Positions 12,601-28,300 of a stretch of 64,000 nucleotides of DNA are shown in pieces. The notes below the pieces were generated by a model that worked only from the letters and a program-made list of their open reading frames with translations, was not told the origin of the DNA and searched no databases. How positions within the stretch are numbered: the stretch's first letter is position 1; every line of letters begins with the position of its first letter. The stretch is from contig JASTWF010000033.1 in NCBI GenBank assembly GCA_030390025.1, positions 1,924,001 to 1,988,000 on the forward strand. The letters are read 5' to 3'. The stretch is from Squalus acanthias (taxonomy: Eukaryota). The position numbers and the translations under genes were made by a program.

Positions 12601-15600
12601 CAGACCCAGACAGCTCCATTCACAGACCTAGACAGCTCAATTCACAGACCCAGACAGCTCATTCACCGACACAGATAGCTTCATTCACAGACCCAAACAG
12701 CACCATTCTCAGATTCAGACAGCTCCATTCACAGATCCAGACAGCTCATTCACAGACACAGATAGATCCATTCACAGACCCAAACAGCACCATTCACAGA
12801 CTCAGACAGCTCCATTCACAGACCCAGACAGCACCATTCACAGACCCAGACAGCTCCATTCACAGACCCAGACAGCTCCATTCACAGACCCAGACAGCTC
12901 CATTCACAAACTAAGACAGCTCCATTCACAGACCCAGACAGCTCGATTCACCGACCCAGACAACTCAATTCACAGACTCAGACAGCTCCATTCACAGACC
13001 CAGACAGCTCCATTCACAGACCCAGACAAATCCATTTTCAGACCCAGACAGCACATTTCACAGACTCAGACAGCTCATTCACAGACACAGACAGTTCCAT
13101 TCACAGACCCAGACAGCTCCATTCACAGACCCAGACAGCTCCATTCACAAACTAAGACAGCTCCATTCACAGACCCAGACAGCTCGATTCACCGACCCAG
13201 ACAACTCAATTCACAGACTCAGACAGCTCCATTCACAGACCCAGACAGCTCCATTCACAGACCCAGACAAATCCATTTTCAGACCCAGACAGCTCATTTC
13301 ACAGACTCAGACAGCTCCATTCACAAATCCAGACAGCTCATTCACAGACACAGATAGCTCCATTCACAGACCCAAACAGCACCATTCACAGACTCAGACA
13401 GCTCCATTCACAGACCCAGACAGCTCCATTCAAAGACCCAGACAGCTCCATTCACAGACCCTGAAAGCTCAATTCACAGACTCAGACAGCTCCATTCACA
13501 GACCCAGACAGCTCGATTCACCGACCCAAACAACTCCATTCACAGACTCAGACAGCTCCATTCACAGACCCAGACAGCTCCATTGACGAGAGTTCTTCGA
13601 CCTGAAACGTTAACTCAGTTTCTCTCTCCACGGATTGTGCCTGGCCTGCAGAGTTTTCCAGCGTTTTCTGTTGTTAGATTCATTCACAGATTCAGACAGC
13701 TCCATTCACAGACTCAGAAAGTTAATTTCAGAGAACTAGATAGCACCATTCACAGACACAGACAGTTCCATTCACAGACCCAGACAGCTCCATTCACAGA
13801 CTCCGAAAGTTCATTTCACAGATCCAGACAGCTCCATTCACAGACACAGACAGATCCATTCACAGACTCAGACAGCTCCATTCACAGACCCAGACAGCTC
13901 CATTCACAACACAGACAGCTCCATTACAGACCCAGACATCTCTATTTACAGACACAGACAGCTCCATTCACAGACATGACAGCTCCATTCACAGACTCAG
14001 ACAGCTCTTTCACAGACCCAGACAGCTCCATTCACAGACCCAGACAGCTCATTCACAGACACAGACAGCTACATTCACAGACTCAGACAGCTCTATTCAC
14101 AGACCCAGACAGCTCCATTCACAGACCCAGACAGCTCCATTCACAGATCAGAAAGCTCCATTCACAGACTCTGGCACCTCCATTCACAGACACAGACAGC
14201 TCCATCACAGACTCAAACCGCTCCATTTACAGACCCAGTGAGCTCCATTCACTGACTCTGACAGCTCAATTCACAGACCCATGCAGCTCCATTCACAGAC
14301 CCAGACAACTCATTGCACAGACTCAGTCAGCTCAATTCACAGACCCTGACATCACAATTCACAGACCAGACAGCTCCATTCACAGACCCAGACAGCTCCA
14401 TTCACAGACTCAGACAGCTCCATTCACAGACCCAGACAACTCCATTCACAGACACAGACAGCTCCATTCACAGACCCAGACAGCTCATTCACAGACTCGA
14501 CAGCTCCATTCACAGACCAGACAGCTCCATTCACAGACTCAGACAGCTCTTTCACAGACCCAGACAGCTCCATTCACAGAACGAGTCAGCTCCATTCACA
14601 GACTCTGACAGCTCCATTCACAGACTCAGACAGCTCCATTCACTGACCCAGACAGCTCATTCACAGACCCAGACAGCTACATTCACAGACTCAGACAGCT
14701 CTATTCACAGACCCAGACAGCTCATTCACAGACCCAGACAACTCCATTCACAGACTCAGACAGCTCCATTACAGACTCTGGCAGCTCCATTCACAGACAC
14801 AGACAGCTCCATCACAGACTCAGACAGCTCCATTCACAGACCCAGTCAGCTCCATTTACTGACTCTGACAGCTCAATTCACAGACCCATGCAGCTCCATT
14901 CACAGACCCAGACAACTCATTGCACAGACTCAGTCAGCTCAATTCACAGACCCTGACATCACAATTCACAAAGCCAGCCAGCTCCATTCACAGAGCCAGC
15001 CAGCTCCATTCATAGACTCAGACAGCTCCATTCACAGACCCAGACAACTCCATTCACAAACACAGACAGCTCCATTTACAGACCCAGACAGCTGTATTTA
15101 CAGGCACTCGCAGCTCCATTCACAGACATGGACAGCTCCATTCACCGACTCAGACAGCTTCTTTCACAGACCCAGACAGCTCCATTCACAGAACGAGTCA
15201 GCTCCATTTACAGACTCTGGCAGCTCCATTCACAGACTCAGACAGCTCCATTCACTGACCCAGACAGCTCATTCACAGACACAGATAGCTACATTCACAG
15301 ACTCAGACAGCTCTATTCACAGACCCAGACAGCTCCATTCACAGACCCAGATAACTCCATACACAGACTGAGACAGCTCCAGTTACAGACTCTGGCACCT
15401 CCATTCACAGACACAGACAGCTCCATCACAGACTCAAACCGCTCCATTTACAGACCCAAACAGCTCCATTTACAAACCCAGAGAGCTCCACTTACTGACT
15501 CTGACAGCTCAATTCACAGACCCATGCAGCTCCATTCACAGACCCAGACAGCTCCATTCACAGACCTAGACAGCTCAATTCACAGACCCAGACAGCTCAT

Positions 15601-18600
15601 TCACCGACACAGATAGCTTCATTCACAGACCCAAACAGCACCATTCTCAGATTCAGACAGCTCCATTCACAGATCCAGACAGCTCATTCACAGACACAGA
15701 TAGATCCATTCACAGACCCAAACAGCACCATTCACAGACTCAGACAGCTCCATTCACAGACCCAGACAGCACCATTCACAGACCCAGACAGCTCCATTCA
15801 CAGACCCAGACAGCTCCATTCACAGACCCAGACAGCTCCATTCACAAACTAAGACAGCTCCATTCACAGACCCAGACAGCTCGATTCACCGACCCAGACA
15901 ACTCAATTCACAGACTCAGACAGCTCCATTCACAGACCCAGACAGCTCCATTCACAGACCCAGACAAATCCATTTTCAGACCCAGACAGCACATTTCACA
16001 GACTCAGACAGCTCATTCACAGACACAGACAGTTCCATTCACAGACCCAAACAGCACCATTCTCAGACTCAGACAGCTCCATTCACAAATCCAGACAGCT
16101 CATTCACAGACACAGATAGCTCCATTCACAGACCCAAACAGCACCATTCACAGACTCAGACAGCTCCATTCACAGACCCAGATAGCTCCATTCAAAGACC
16201 CAGACAGCTCCATTCACAGACCCTGAAAGCTCCATTCACAGACCCAGACAGCTCCATTCACAGACTCAGACAGCTCCATTCACAGACCCAGACAGCTCGA
16301 TTCACCGACCCAAACAACTCCATTCACAGACTCAGACAGCTCCATTCACAGACCCAGACAGCTCCATTGACGAGAGTTCTTCGACCTGAAACGTTAACTC
16401 AGTTTCTCTCTCCACGGATTGTGCCTGGCCTGCAGAGTTTTCCAGCGTTTTCTGTTGTTAGATTCATTCACAGATTCAGACAGCTCCATTCACAGACTCA
16501 GAAAGTTAATTTCAGAGAACTAGATAGCACCATTCACAGACACAGAAAGTTCCATTCACAGACCCAGACAGCTCCATTCACAGACTCCGAAAGTTCATTT
16601 CACAGATCCAGACAGCTCCATTCACAGACACAGACAGATCCATTCACAGACTCAGACAGCTCCATTCACAGACCCAGACAGCTCCATTCACAGACCCAGA
16701 CAGCTCCATTCACAGAACCAGACAGCTCCATTCACAGACTCAGACAGCTCCAGTTACAGACCCAGACAGCTCGATTCACCGACCCAGACAACTCAATTCA
16801 CAGACTCAGACAGCTACATTTACAGACCCAGACAGCTCGATTCACCGACCCAGACAACTCCATTCACAGACTCAGAGAGCTCCATTCACAGACCCAGGCA
16901 GCTCCATTCACATACCCAGACAACTCCATTCACAAACCCAGGTAGCTCCATTCAAAAATCCAGAAAGCTCATTTCACTGACCCAGACAACTCCATTTAGA
17001 GACTCAGACAGCTCCAATCACAGACCCAGACAGCTCCATTCAGAGACTCAGACAGCTCCATTCACAGACCCAGACAGCTCCATTCAAAGAACCAGACAAC
17101 TCCATTCACAGACTAAGACAGCTCCATTCACAGAACGAGACAGCTGCATTCACAGACTCAGACAGCTCCATTCACAGACACAGACAGCTCGATTCACCGA
17201 CCCAGACAACTCCATTCACAGATTCAGACAGCTCCATTCACATACTCAGAAAGTTCATTTCAGACACCTAGATAAAACCATTCACATACCCAGACAGATC
17301 CATTCACAGACTCAGACAGCTCCATTCACAGACTCCGAAAGTTCATTTCACAGATCCAGACAGCTCCATTCACAGACCCAGACAGATCTATTCACAGACT
17401 CAGACAGCTCCATTCACAGACACAGACAACTCCATTCACAAACCCAGACAGCTCCATTTACAGACATGGAAAGCTGATTTGAAAAAAACAGACAGCTCAT
17501 TTCACGAACAGATTCAGACAATTCATTTGACAGACCCAGACATCTCCATTCAGAGACTCAGAAAGCTCATTTCAGACACTCAGACAGCTCCATTCAAAGA
17601 TCCAGACGACTGACTTCAAAGACTCTGAAAGCTCAGGTCACAGACCCAGACAGCTCCATTAACAACGTCAGACAGCTCTATTCACAGACCCAGACATCTC
17701 CATTTTCAGACCCAGACAGCTTATTCACAGACACAGACAGTTCCATTCACAGATCCAGACAGCTCCATTTACAGACTCAGACAGCTCCATTCACAGACCC
17801 AGACAGCTCCATTCACAGACCTAGACAGCTCAATTCACAGACCCAGACAGCTCATTCACCGACACAGATAGCTTCATTCACAGACCCAAACAGCACCATT
17901 CTCAGATTCAGACAGCTCCATTCACAGATCCAGACAGCTCATTCACAGACACAGATAGATCCATTCACAGACCCAAACAGCACCATTCACAGACTCAGAC
18001 AGCTCCATTCACAGACCCAGACAGCACCATTCACAGACCCAGACAGCTCCATTCACAGACCCAGACAGCTCCATTCACAGACCCAGACAGCTCCATTCAC
18101 AAACTAAGACAGCTCCATTCACAGACCCAGACAGCTCGATTCACCGACCCAGACAACTCAATTCACAGACTCAGACAGCTCCATTCACAGACCCAGACAG
18201 CTCCATTCACAGACCCAGACAAATCCATTTTCAGACCCAGACAGCACATTTCACAGACTCAGACAGCTCATTCACAGACACAGACAGTTCCATTCACAGA
18301 CCCAGACAGCTCCATTCACAGACCCAGACAGCTCCATTCACAAACTAAGACAGCTCCATTCACAGACCCAGACAGCTCGATTCACCGACCCAGACAACTC
18401 AATTCACAGACTCAGACAGCTCCATTCACAGACCCAGACAGCTCCATTCACAGACCCAGACAAATCCATTTTCAGACCCAGACAGCTCATTTCACAGACT
18501 CAGACAGCTCCATTCACAAATCCAGACAGCTCATTCACAGACACAGATAGCTCCATTCACAGACCCAAACAGCACCATTCACAGACTCAGACAGCTCCAT

Positions 18601-21600
18601 TCACAGACCCAGACAGCTCCATTCAAAGACCCAGACAGCTCCATTCACAGACCCTGAAAGCTCAATTCACAGACTCAGACAGCTCCATTCACAGACCCAG
18701 ACAGCTCGATTCACCGACCCAAACAACTCCATTCACAGACTCAGACAGCTCCATTCACAGACCCAGACAGCTCCATTGACGAGAGTTCTTCGACCTGAAA
18801 CGTTAACTCAGTTTCTCTCTCCACGGATTGTGCCTGGCCTGCAGAGTTTTCCAGCGTTTTCTGTTGTTAGATTCATTCACAGATTCAGACAGCTCCATTC
18901 ACAGACTCAGAAAGTTAATTTCAGAGAACTAGATAGCACCATTCACAGACACAGACAGTTCCATTCACAGACCCAGACAGCTCCATTCACAGACTCCGAA
19001 AGTTCATTTCACAGATCCAGACAGCTCCATTCACAGACACAGACAGATCCATTCACAGACTCAGACAGCTCCATTCACAGACCCAGACAACTCCATTCAC
19101 AAACACAGACAGCTCCATTTACAGACCCAGACATCTGTATTTACAGGCACACGCAGCTCCATTCACAGACATGGACAGCTCCATTCACAGACTCAGACAG
19201 CTTCTTTCACAGACCCAGACAGCTCCATTCACTGACCCAGACAGCTCATTCACAGACACAGATAGCTACATTCACAGACTCAGACAGCTCTATTCACAGA
19301 CCCAGACAGCTCCATTCACAGACCCAGATAACTCCATACACAGATTGAGAAAGCTCCATTTACAGACTCTGGCACCTCCATTCACAGACACAGACAGCTC
19401 CATCACAGACTCAAACCGCTCCATTTACAGACCCAGTGAGCTCCATTTACTGACTCTGACAGCTCAATTCACAGACCCATGCAGCTCCATTCACAGACCC
19501 AGACAACTCATTGCACAGACTCAGTCAGCTCAATTCACAGACCCTGACATCACAATTCACAAAGCCAGCCAGCTCCATTCACAGAGCCAGCCAGCTCCAT
19601 TCATAGACTCAGACAGCTCCATTCACAGACCCAGACAACTCCATTCACAAACACAGACAGCTCCATTTACAGACCCAGACAGCTGTATTTACAGGCACTC
19701 GCAGCTCCATTCACAGACATGGACAGCTCCATTCACCGACTCAGACAGCTTCTTTCACAGACCCAGACAGCTCCATTCACAGAACGAGTCAGCTCCATTT
19801 ACAGACTCTGGCAGCTCCATTCACAGACTCAGACAGCTCCATTCACTGACCCAGACAGCTCATTCACAGACACAGATAGCTACATTCACAGACTCAGACA
19901 GCTCTATTCACAGACCCAGACAGCTCCATTCACAGACCCAGATAACTCCATACACAGACTGAGACAGCTCCAGTTACAGACTCTGGCACCTCCATTCACA
20001 GACACAGACAGCTCCATCACAGACTCAAACCGCTCCATTTACAGACCCAAACAGCTCCATTTACAAACCCAGAGAGCTCCACTTACTGACTCTGACAGCT
20101 CAATTCACAGACCCATGCAGCTCCATTCACAGACCCAGACAGCTCCATTCACAGACCTAGACAGCTCAATTCACAGACCCAGACAGCTCATTCACCGACA
20201 CAGATAGCTTCATTCACAGACCCAAACAGCACCATTCTCAGATTCAGACAGCTCCATTCACAGATCCAGACAGCTCATTCACAGACACAGATAGATCCAT
20301 TCACAGACCCAAACAGCACCATTCACAGACTCAGACAGCTCCATTCACAGACCCAGACAGCACCATTCACAGACCCAGACAGCTCCATTCACAGACCCAG
20401 ACAGCTCCATTCACAGACCCAGACAGCTCCATTCACAAACTAAGACAGCTCCATTCACAGACCCAGACAGCTCGATTCACCGACCCAGACAACTCAATTC
20501 ACAGACTCAGACAGCTCCATTCACAGACCCAGACAGCTCCATTCACAGACCCAGACAAATCCATTTTCAGACCCAGACAGCACATTTCACAGACTCAGAC
20601 AGCTCATTCACAGACACAGACAGTTCCATTCACAGACCCAAACAGCACCATTCTCAGACTCAGACAGCTCCATTCACAAATCCAGACAGCTCATTCACAG
20701 ACACAGATAGCTCCATTCACAGACCCAAACAGCACCATTCACAGACTCAGACAGCTCCATTCACAGACCCAGATAGCTCCATTCAAAGACCCAGACAGCT
20801 CCATTCACAGACCCTGAAAGCTCCATTCACAGACCCAGACAGCTCCATTCACAGACTCAGACAGCTCCATTCACAGACCCAGACAGCTCGATTCACCGAC
20901 CCAAACAACTCCATTCACAGACTCAGACAGCTCCATTCACAGACCCAGACAGCTCCATTGACGAGAGTTCTTCGACCTGAAACGTTAACTCAGTTTCTCT
21001 CTCCACGGATTGTGCCTGGCCTGCAGAGTTTTCCAGCGTTTTCTGTTGTTAGATTCATTCACAGATTCAGACAGCTCCATTCACAGACTCAGAAAGTTAA
21101 TTTCAGAGAACTAGATAGCACCATTCACAGACACAGAAAGTTCCATTCACAGACCCAGACAGCTCCATTCACAGACTCCGAAAGTTCATTTCACAGATCC
21201 AGACAGCTCCATTCACAGACACAGACAGATCCATTCACAGACTCAGACAGCTCCATTCACAGACCCAGACAACTCCATTCACAAACACAGACAGCTCCAT
21301 TTACAGACCCAGACATCTGTATTTACAGGCACACGCAGCTCCATTCACAGACATGGACAGCTCCATTCACAGACTCAGACAGCTTCTTTCACAGACCCAG
21401 ACAGCTCCATTCACAGACCGAGTCAGCTCCATTCACAGACTCAGACAGCTTCTTTCACAGACCCAGACAGCTCCATTCACTGACCCAGACAGCTCATTCA
21501 CAGACACAGATAGCTACATTCACAGACTCAGACAGCTCTATTCACAGACCCAGACAGCTCCATTCACAGACCCAGATAACTCCATACACAGATTGAGAAA

Positions 21601-22676
21601 GCTCCATTTACAGACTCTGGCACCTCCATTCACAGACACAGACAGCTTCATCACAGACTCAAACCGCTCCATTTACAGACCCAGTGAGCTCCATTTACTG
21701 ACTCTGACAGCTCAATTCACAGACCCATGCAGCTCCATTCACAGACCCAGACAACTCATTGCACAGACTCAGTCAGCTCAATTCACAGACCCTGACATCA
21801 CAATTCACAGAGCCAGCCAGCTCCATTCACAGAGCCAGCCAGCTCCATTCACAGACTCAGACAGCTCCATTCACAGACCCAGACAACTCCATTCACAAAC
21901 ACAGACAGCTCCATTTACAGACCCAGACAGCTGTATTTACAGGCACTCGCAGCTCCATTCACAGACATGGACAGCTCCATTCACCGACTCAGACAGCTCC
22001 ATTCACAGACTCAGACAGCTCCATTCACAGACCCAGACAACTCCATTCACAAACACAGACAGCTCCATTTACAGACCCAGACAGCTGTATTTACAGGCAC
22101 TCGCAGCTCCATTCACAGACATGGACAGCTCCATTCACCGACTCAGACAGCTTCTTTCACAGACCCAGACAGCTCCATTCACAGAGCGAGTCAGCTCCAT
22201 TCACAGACTCAGACAGCTCCATTCACTGACCCAGACAGCTCATTCACAGACACAGATAGCTGCATTCACAGACTCAGACAGCTCTATTCACAGACCCAGA
22301 CAGCTCCATTCACAGACCCAGATAACTCCATACACAGACTGAGACAGCTCCAGTTACAGACTCTGGCACCTCCATTCACAGACACAGACAGCTCCATCAC
22401 AGACTCAAACCGCTCCATTTACAGACCCAAACAGCTCCATTTACAAACCCAGAGAGCTCCACTTACTGACTCTGACAGCTCAATTCACAGACCCATGCAG
22501 CTCCATTCACAGACCCAGACAACTCATTGCACAGACTCAGTCAGCTCAATTCACATACCCTGACATCACAATTCACAGAGCCAGAAAGCTGCATTCACAG
22601 ACACAGACAGTGCCATTCACAGACCCAGAAAGCTAATTTCACAGACCAGACAGCTCTATACACAGACTCAGAAAGC
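9607..22676 (+). repeat. 22-bp satellite array in opposite orientation (unit CCATTCACAGACCCAGACAGCT), with ~4.6-5.2-kb higher-order repeats
   Basis: Reverse complement of the 1-9106 unit. Variant blocks recur at offsets 5193 (13585/18778) and 4591 (15128/19719, 16369/20960). Confidence 0.97.
9727..21053 (+). mobile_element. Five ~94-bp Penelope-terminus/SINE-like fragments embedded in the satellite (9727, 13585, 16369, 18778, 20960); further copies at 32281 and 34463
   Basis: Same non-satellite insert at an identical satellite junction (CTCCATT|GACGAGAG...GTTAGA|TTCATTCACAG). Homologous to 48340-48444. Confidence 0.8.
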
Positions 22677-23615
22677 CCACACTCACCTAGCAGGATCCTG
22701 ATACACTGTGAAATCCCATACACACCTGGCAGGACCCTGATACACTGTGAAACCCCATGGACACCTGGCAGGATCCTGATACACTGTGAAACCCCATACA
22801 CACCTGGCAGGATCCTGATACACTTTGAAACCCCTTACACACCTGGCAGGATCCTGATACACTGTGAAACCCCATACACACTTGGCAGGAGCCTGATACA
22901 CTGTGAAACCCCAAACACACCTGGCAGGATTCTGATACACTGTGAAAACCCATACACACCTGACAGGCTCCTGATACACTGTGAAACCCCATACACACCT
23001 GGCAGGATCCTGATATACTGTGAAACCCCATACACACCTGGCAGGATCCTGATACACTGTGAAACCCCATACACACCTGGCAGGATCTGATACACTGTGA
23101 AACCCCATACACACCTGGCAGGATCCTGATGCACTGTGAAACCACATACACACCTGGCAAGATCTGCAACACTGAGACCCCATACACACCTGTCAGGATC
23201 CTGATACACTGTGAAACCCCATACACACCTGGCAGGATCCTGATACACTGTGAAACCCCAAACACACCTGGCAGGATCCTGATACACTGTGAAACCCCAT
23301 ACACACCTGGCAGGATCCTGATACACTGTGAAACCCCATACACAACTGACAGGATCCTGATACACTGTGAAACCGCATACACACCTGGCAGGATCCTGAT
23401 TCACTGTGAAACCCCATAGACACCTGGCAGAATTCTGATACAATGTGAAACCCCATACACACCTGGCAGGATCCTGATACATTGTGAAACCCCATACACA
23501 CCTGCCTGGATCCTGATAAACTGTGAAACCCCATACACACCTGGCAGGATCCTGATACACTGAAACCAAATACACACCTGGCAGGATCATGATACACTGT
23601 GAAACCCCATACACA
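22677..23615 (+). repeat. 39-bp minisatellite (CACACCTGGCAGGATCCTGATACACTGTGAAACCCCATA), ~24 copies
   Basis: Direct tandem units, with a BamHI site in most units. Translates as the 13-aa repeat TPYTPGRILIHCE. Confidence 0.95.
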
Positions 23616-24584
23616 TCAGCTGCTATTCCAATATACAGTCAATCTTAATACAAACTTTCTATGTGCCACGCAGAATCTCTGGGATCATAAATTGCCATGA
23701 GCTGGATAGTCAGGGTTTCCTGCTCCCAGAGAATTCTGTCCCACCATAAAGTGTTGGGAAAGAGATGGAGACATGCGTAACAGCAAAATGTTACCGCTTC
23801 TCAGCACAAAATAAGATGTCGGAAAGTGGTATTTCCGATCTGAGAAGATGTACTGATGTTCACACAATGGAACATTAATCCGTGTAGAAATGTGAGAAAT
23901 GTACAATGTTCCGGGTGACTAGGAAGTTATTGGTTATCTTCATAATGTTAGTGAAATCTTCTCTAAGATTAGTCCTTAAATTAAGGAGCTTTTTTAACCC
24001 AATTTAATGACGAACGGAAAGACATTTGTAATTTCCCAAATCTTCAGTATAAGAAACTTATACCAAAATGAAAAAAACGGAGTGTAATTATTGGTCGACC
24101 AGTTCAAATCGACGGCGAATGTTTTCTGCTCTAACATTACACTGACTGAATTAGGCGGCAATTCTATTTCTAATTCTAATCTGTGATATAACAGATCTGT
24201 TATAAAAACATATTCAGTGATTGTATGTGTAAAACAGCTGAAAAATTGTTGGCAATTTCAGATATTCAATGTAATCGGAGAATGATTAGGGACAGGAAAA
24301 TACCATTCGGGTCAATCAGTCTGTCCCTGTTTGAGAGATGAAGCCACCTAACCCTCCTCTCAGAGTATCCACAAAAACACGCTCAATTTTCTCTAGACCC
24401 CACTTACAGTGCACTTTAGTGTCCTTCCCTGGTAACTGGTCTCCCCGCTCTAATACGCATTGGGAGATAAAAGTTCCCTGATTTCCATTCTTACTTCTGA
24501 TTTTCAATTGTCTCCGTTATTAATTATTTTGGTACTTGTTTCCTGCACTAATGTTGTGAATTCCATTAAAACATTTCAAACATT

Positions 24585-25050
24585 TCCGCCAATGTTAGAG
24601 CGATGAAAATCGGAGATGCACAAGAGGCCAGAATTGGAGGAGCGCAGAGATCTCTGAGGATGATAGGGCTGGAGGTTACAGAGAGAGGGAGGAAAAAGAC
24701 CATGAAACAATTAAAAATAGGAATGAGAAATTTAAAACTAAGGCGTTGTTGGATCAGGAGCAAATGTAGCTCAGCGAGCGCAGGGGGTGATGGGTGAACG
24801 GGACTTGGTGCAATTAGAATATGGGCAGCAGAGTTTTGAATTAGCTCAAGATTACGGAGGGTACATCGTGGAAGGCTGACCAGGAGATCATTGGAATAGT
24901 TGAGTCTGGATGTAACAAAGGTATTGATGAGAGTTTCAGCAGCAGATGAGTTGAGGCAGCAGCGGAGATGAGCAATGCTTTGGAGGTGGAAGAAGGCAGT
25001 CTTGGTGATGAACAAGATATCAGGTCGGAACATTAGCTGAGGGTCAAATA
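24585..25050 (-). mobile_element. L2-clade LINE 3' fragment (degenerate ORF2 C-terminus)
   Basis: AETLINTFVTSRLNYSNDLLVSLP...LIQNSAAHIL resembles the L2 ORF2 motif AFVTSRLDYCNSLLxGLP...IQNSAARLL. Confidence 0.8.
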
Positions 25051-25120
25051 AGCCCCGATTAGGACTTCTGACAACTTAGTCTGTTTCACACCCAGTTCAA
25101 ACAATACCGCAGCTGACATG

Positions 25121-25308
25121 CCCACGGTCTGAGACAGGAAGAGTGGACCTTCTGACCATTTTCAGTCTGTCCCTCTCCCAGTACACACAATGCTCCAGAT
25201 AACCTTTCCACGGACTGATACGATGACAGTGGGACTACTGGCCATTCACAGTCTGTCCCTCTCCCAGTACACACAATCCTCCAGATAACCATCCCACGGA
25301 CTGATACA
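25121..25308 (+). repeat. 86-bp minisatellite, left part (~2 units) cut off by the CR1 insertion
   Basis: Same unit as 28494-29655. Confidence 0.9.
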
Positions 25309-28300
25309 TAGAAACATAGAACAGTACAGCACAGTACAGGCCCTTCGGCCCTCGATGTTGTGCCGAGCATTGTCCGAGACCAAGATCAAGCTATCCCACT
25401 CCCTATCACTCTGGTGTGCTCCATGTGCTTATCCAATAACCGCTTGAAAGTTCCTAAAGTTTCCGACTCCACTATCACAGCAGGCAGTCCATTCCACACC
25501 CCAACCACTCTCTGAGTAAAGAATCTACCTCGGACATACCTTCTATATCTCCCCCCATGCACCTTATAGTTATGCCCCCTTGTAACAGCTGCCTCTACCC
25601 GAGGAAATAGTCTGTGAACATCCACTCTATCTATCCCCCTCATCAGGTAGAGCAGTTGATGTCGTATACATGGATTTTAGTAAGGCGTTTGATAAGGTTC
25701 CCCATGGTCGTCTCATGAAGAAAGTAAGGAGTTGTGGGATAGAGGGAAATTTGGCCGATTGGATAAGTAACTGGCTATCTCATAGAAGGCAGAGGGTGGT
25801 GGTGGATGGAACATTTTCGGACTGGAGACCAGTTACCAGCGGTGTGCCACAGGGGTCGGTGCTGGGTCCTCTGCTGTTTGTGATTTTTATCAATGACTTG
25901 GAGGAGGGGACTGAAGGGTGGATCAGTAAATTTGCTGATGACACCAAGATTGGTGGAGTAGTGGATGAGGTGGAGGGCAGTTGTAGGCTGCAAAGAGACA
26001 TTGATAGGATGCAGAGCTGGGCCGAAAAATGGCAGATGGAATTTAACCCTGATAAGTGCGAGGTGATTCATTTTGGTAGGGCAAATTTGAATAAGGATTA
26101 CAGGGTGAACGGCAGGGTTCTGAGGAACGTGGAGGAGCAGAGGGATCTGGGGGTTCATATCCACAGATCTCTGAAGGTTGCCACTCAAGTGGATAGAGCA
26201 GTAAAGAAGGCCTATGGTGTGTTGGCGTTTATTAACAGAGGGTTTGAGTTTAAGAACAGTGAGGTTATGCTGCAACTATACAGGACCTTGGTGAGACCAC
26301 ATTTGGAATATTGTGTGCAGTTCTGGTCACCTCACTATAGGAAGGACGTGGAAGCATTGGAAAGAGTGCAAAGGAGATTTACCAGGATGCTGCCTGGTTT
26401 GGGGGGGAGGTCTTATGAGGAAAGATTGAGGGAGTTGGGGCTTTTCTCTTTAGAGCGGAGGAGGATGAGAGGCGACTTAATAGGATATATCCCATCTGGC
26501 CCAGGTGACTTATCGACCCTCAGGTTCTTCAAAATTGCTAAAACATCTTCCCACAGAACATCTACCACCTCCAGCCTATCCACCTTTATCACACTCTCAT
26601 CCTCAAGAACATGGCCCCTCTCCTCGGTGAATACTGACGAAAAGTATTCATTCATCACCTCTCCTATCTCTTCTGACTCCATGCACAAGTTCCCACTACT
26701 GTCCTTGACCGGCCCTACACTCACCCTGGTCATTCTTTTATTTCTCACATAAGAGTAAAAAGCCTTGGGGTTTTTCTTGATCCGACCCGCCAAGGACTTC
26801 TCATGCCCCCTCCTAGCTCTCCTAAGCTCTTTTTTTAGCTCATTCCTTGCTACCTTGTACCCCTCAATCGACCCAACTGAACCTTGTTTTCTCATCCTTA
26901 CATACGCTTCCTTTTTCCTCTTGACTAGACATTCAACCTCTTTTGTGAACCATGGTTCTCTCACTCGGCCATTTCCTCCCTGCCTGACAGGGACATACCT
27001 ATCAAGGACACGCAGTAATTGCTCCATGAAAAAGCTCCAATTTTCGTTTGTGCCTTTCCCTGATAGTTTCCGTTCCCATCTTATGCTCCCTAATTCTTGC
27101 CTAATCGCATCATAATTACCCCTCCCCCAATTATAAACCCTGCCCTGCCGTATGGCCCTATCCCTCTCCATTGCAATAGTGAAAGTTACCGAATTGTGGT
27201 CACTATCTCCAAAGTGCTCTCCCACATACAAATCAAACACTTGGCCCGGTTCATTACCCAGTACCAAATCCAACGTGGCCCCACCTCTTGTCGGCCTATC
27301 TACATATTGTGTCAGGAAACCCTCCTGCACACACTGTGCAAAAACTATCCCATCCGAACTGTTTGACCTATAAAGGTTCCAATCAATATTTGGAAAGTTG
27401 AAGTCACCCATGACAACTACTCTGTGACCTCCACACCTATTCATAATCTGCTTTGCAATTTCTTCCTCCACATCTCTATTACTATTTGGGGGCCTGTAGA
27501 AAACTCCTAACAACGTGACCGCTCCTTTCCTATTTCTAACTTCAGCCCATATTACCTCAGACGGCAGATCACCCTCGAACTGCCTTTCTGCCGCTGTTAA
27601 ACTATCCTTGATTAACAATGCTACTCCTCCACCTTTCTTACCACCTTCCCTACTCTTACTGAAACATCTATACCCCGAAACTTCCAACAACCATTCCTGT
27701 CCCTGTTCTAACCATGTCTCCGTGCTGGCCACCACATCGTAGTCCCAAGTACCAATCCACGCTCCAAGTTCTCCTACCTTATTCCGGATGCTCCTTGCAT
27801 TGAAGTAGACACACTTCAAGCCATCTTCCTGTCTGCCGTTACATTCCTGCGACCTTGATACCCTCCTCAGTACCTCCCTACACTCACCACTGGCTCCTGG
27901 ACTACAGCCCTTTTTCCCATCCCACTGACAAATTAGTTTAAACCCCCCCGAAGAGCCGTAGCAAATTTCCCTCCCAGGATATTGGTGCCCCTCTGGTTCA
28001 GGTGCAAACCGTCCTGTTTGTACAGGTCCCACCTTCCCCAAAATTTGCTCCAATTATCCACATAACTGAAACCCTCCCCCCTACACCATCCCTACAGCCA
28101 CGTGTTTATCTGCACTCTCTCCCTGTTCCTCAACTCGCTAGCACGTGCCACCGGCAACAAAGCAGAGATTACAACATGGTTTGTACTGGCTCTCAGCTTC
28201 CAACCTAGCTCCCTAAATTCCTGTTTTAAATCCCCGTCCCTTCTCCTACCTATGTCGTTGGTACCGATGTGTACCACGACTTGTGATTGTTCCCCCTCCC

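Noticed and set aside
5104..22563. Many long ORFs with SSIHRPRQLHSQTQTAPFTDPD repeats
   Set aside because: The consensus 22-bp unit lacks stops on the C/A-rich strand and cycles through all frames. Overlapping ORFs occur in several frames, so these are not genes.
22677..23615. CRISPR-like array or 13-aa repeat protein (39-bp period)
   Set aside because: No unique spacers, no cas genes and a eukaryotic context. Indels break the frame and no splice signals are evident.
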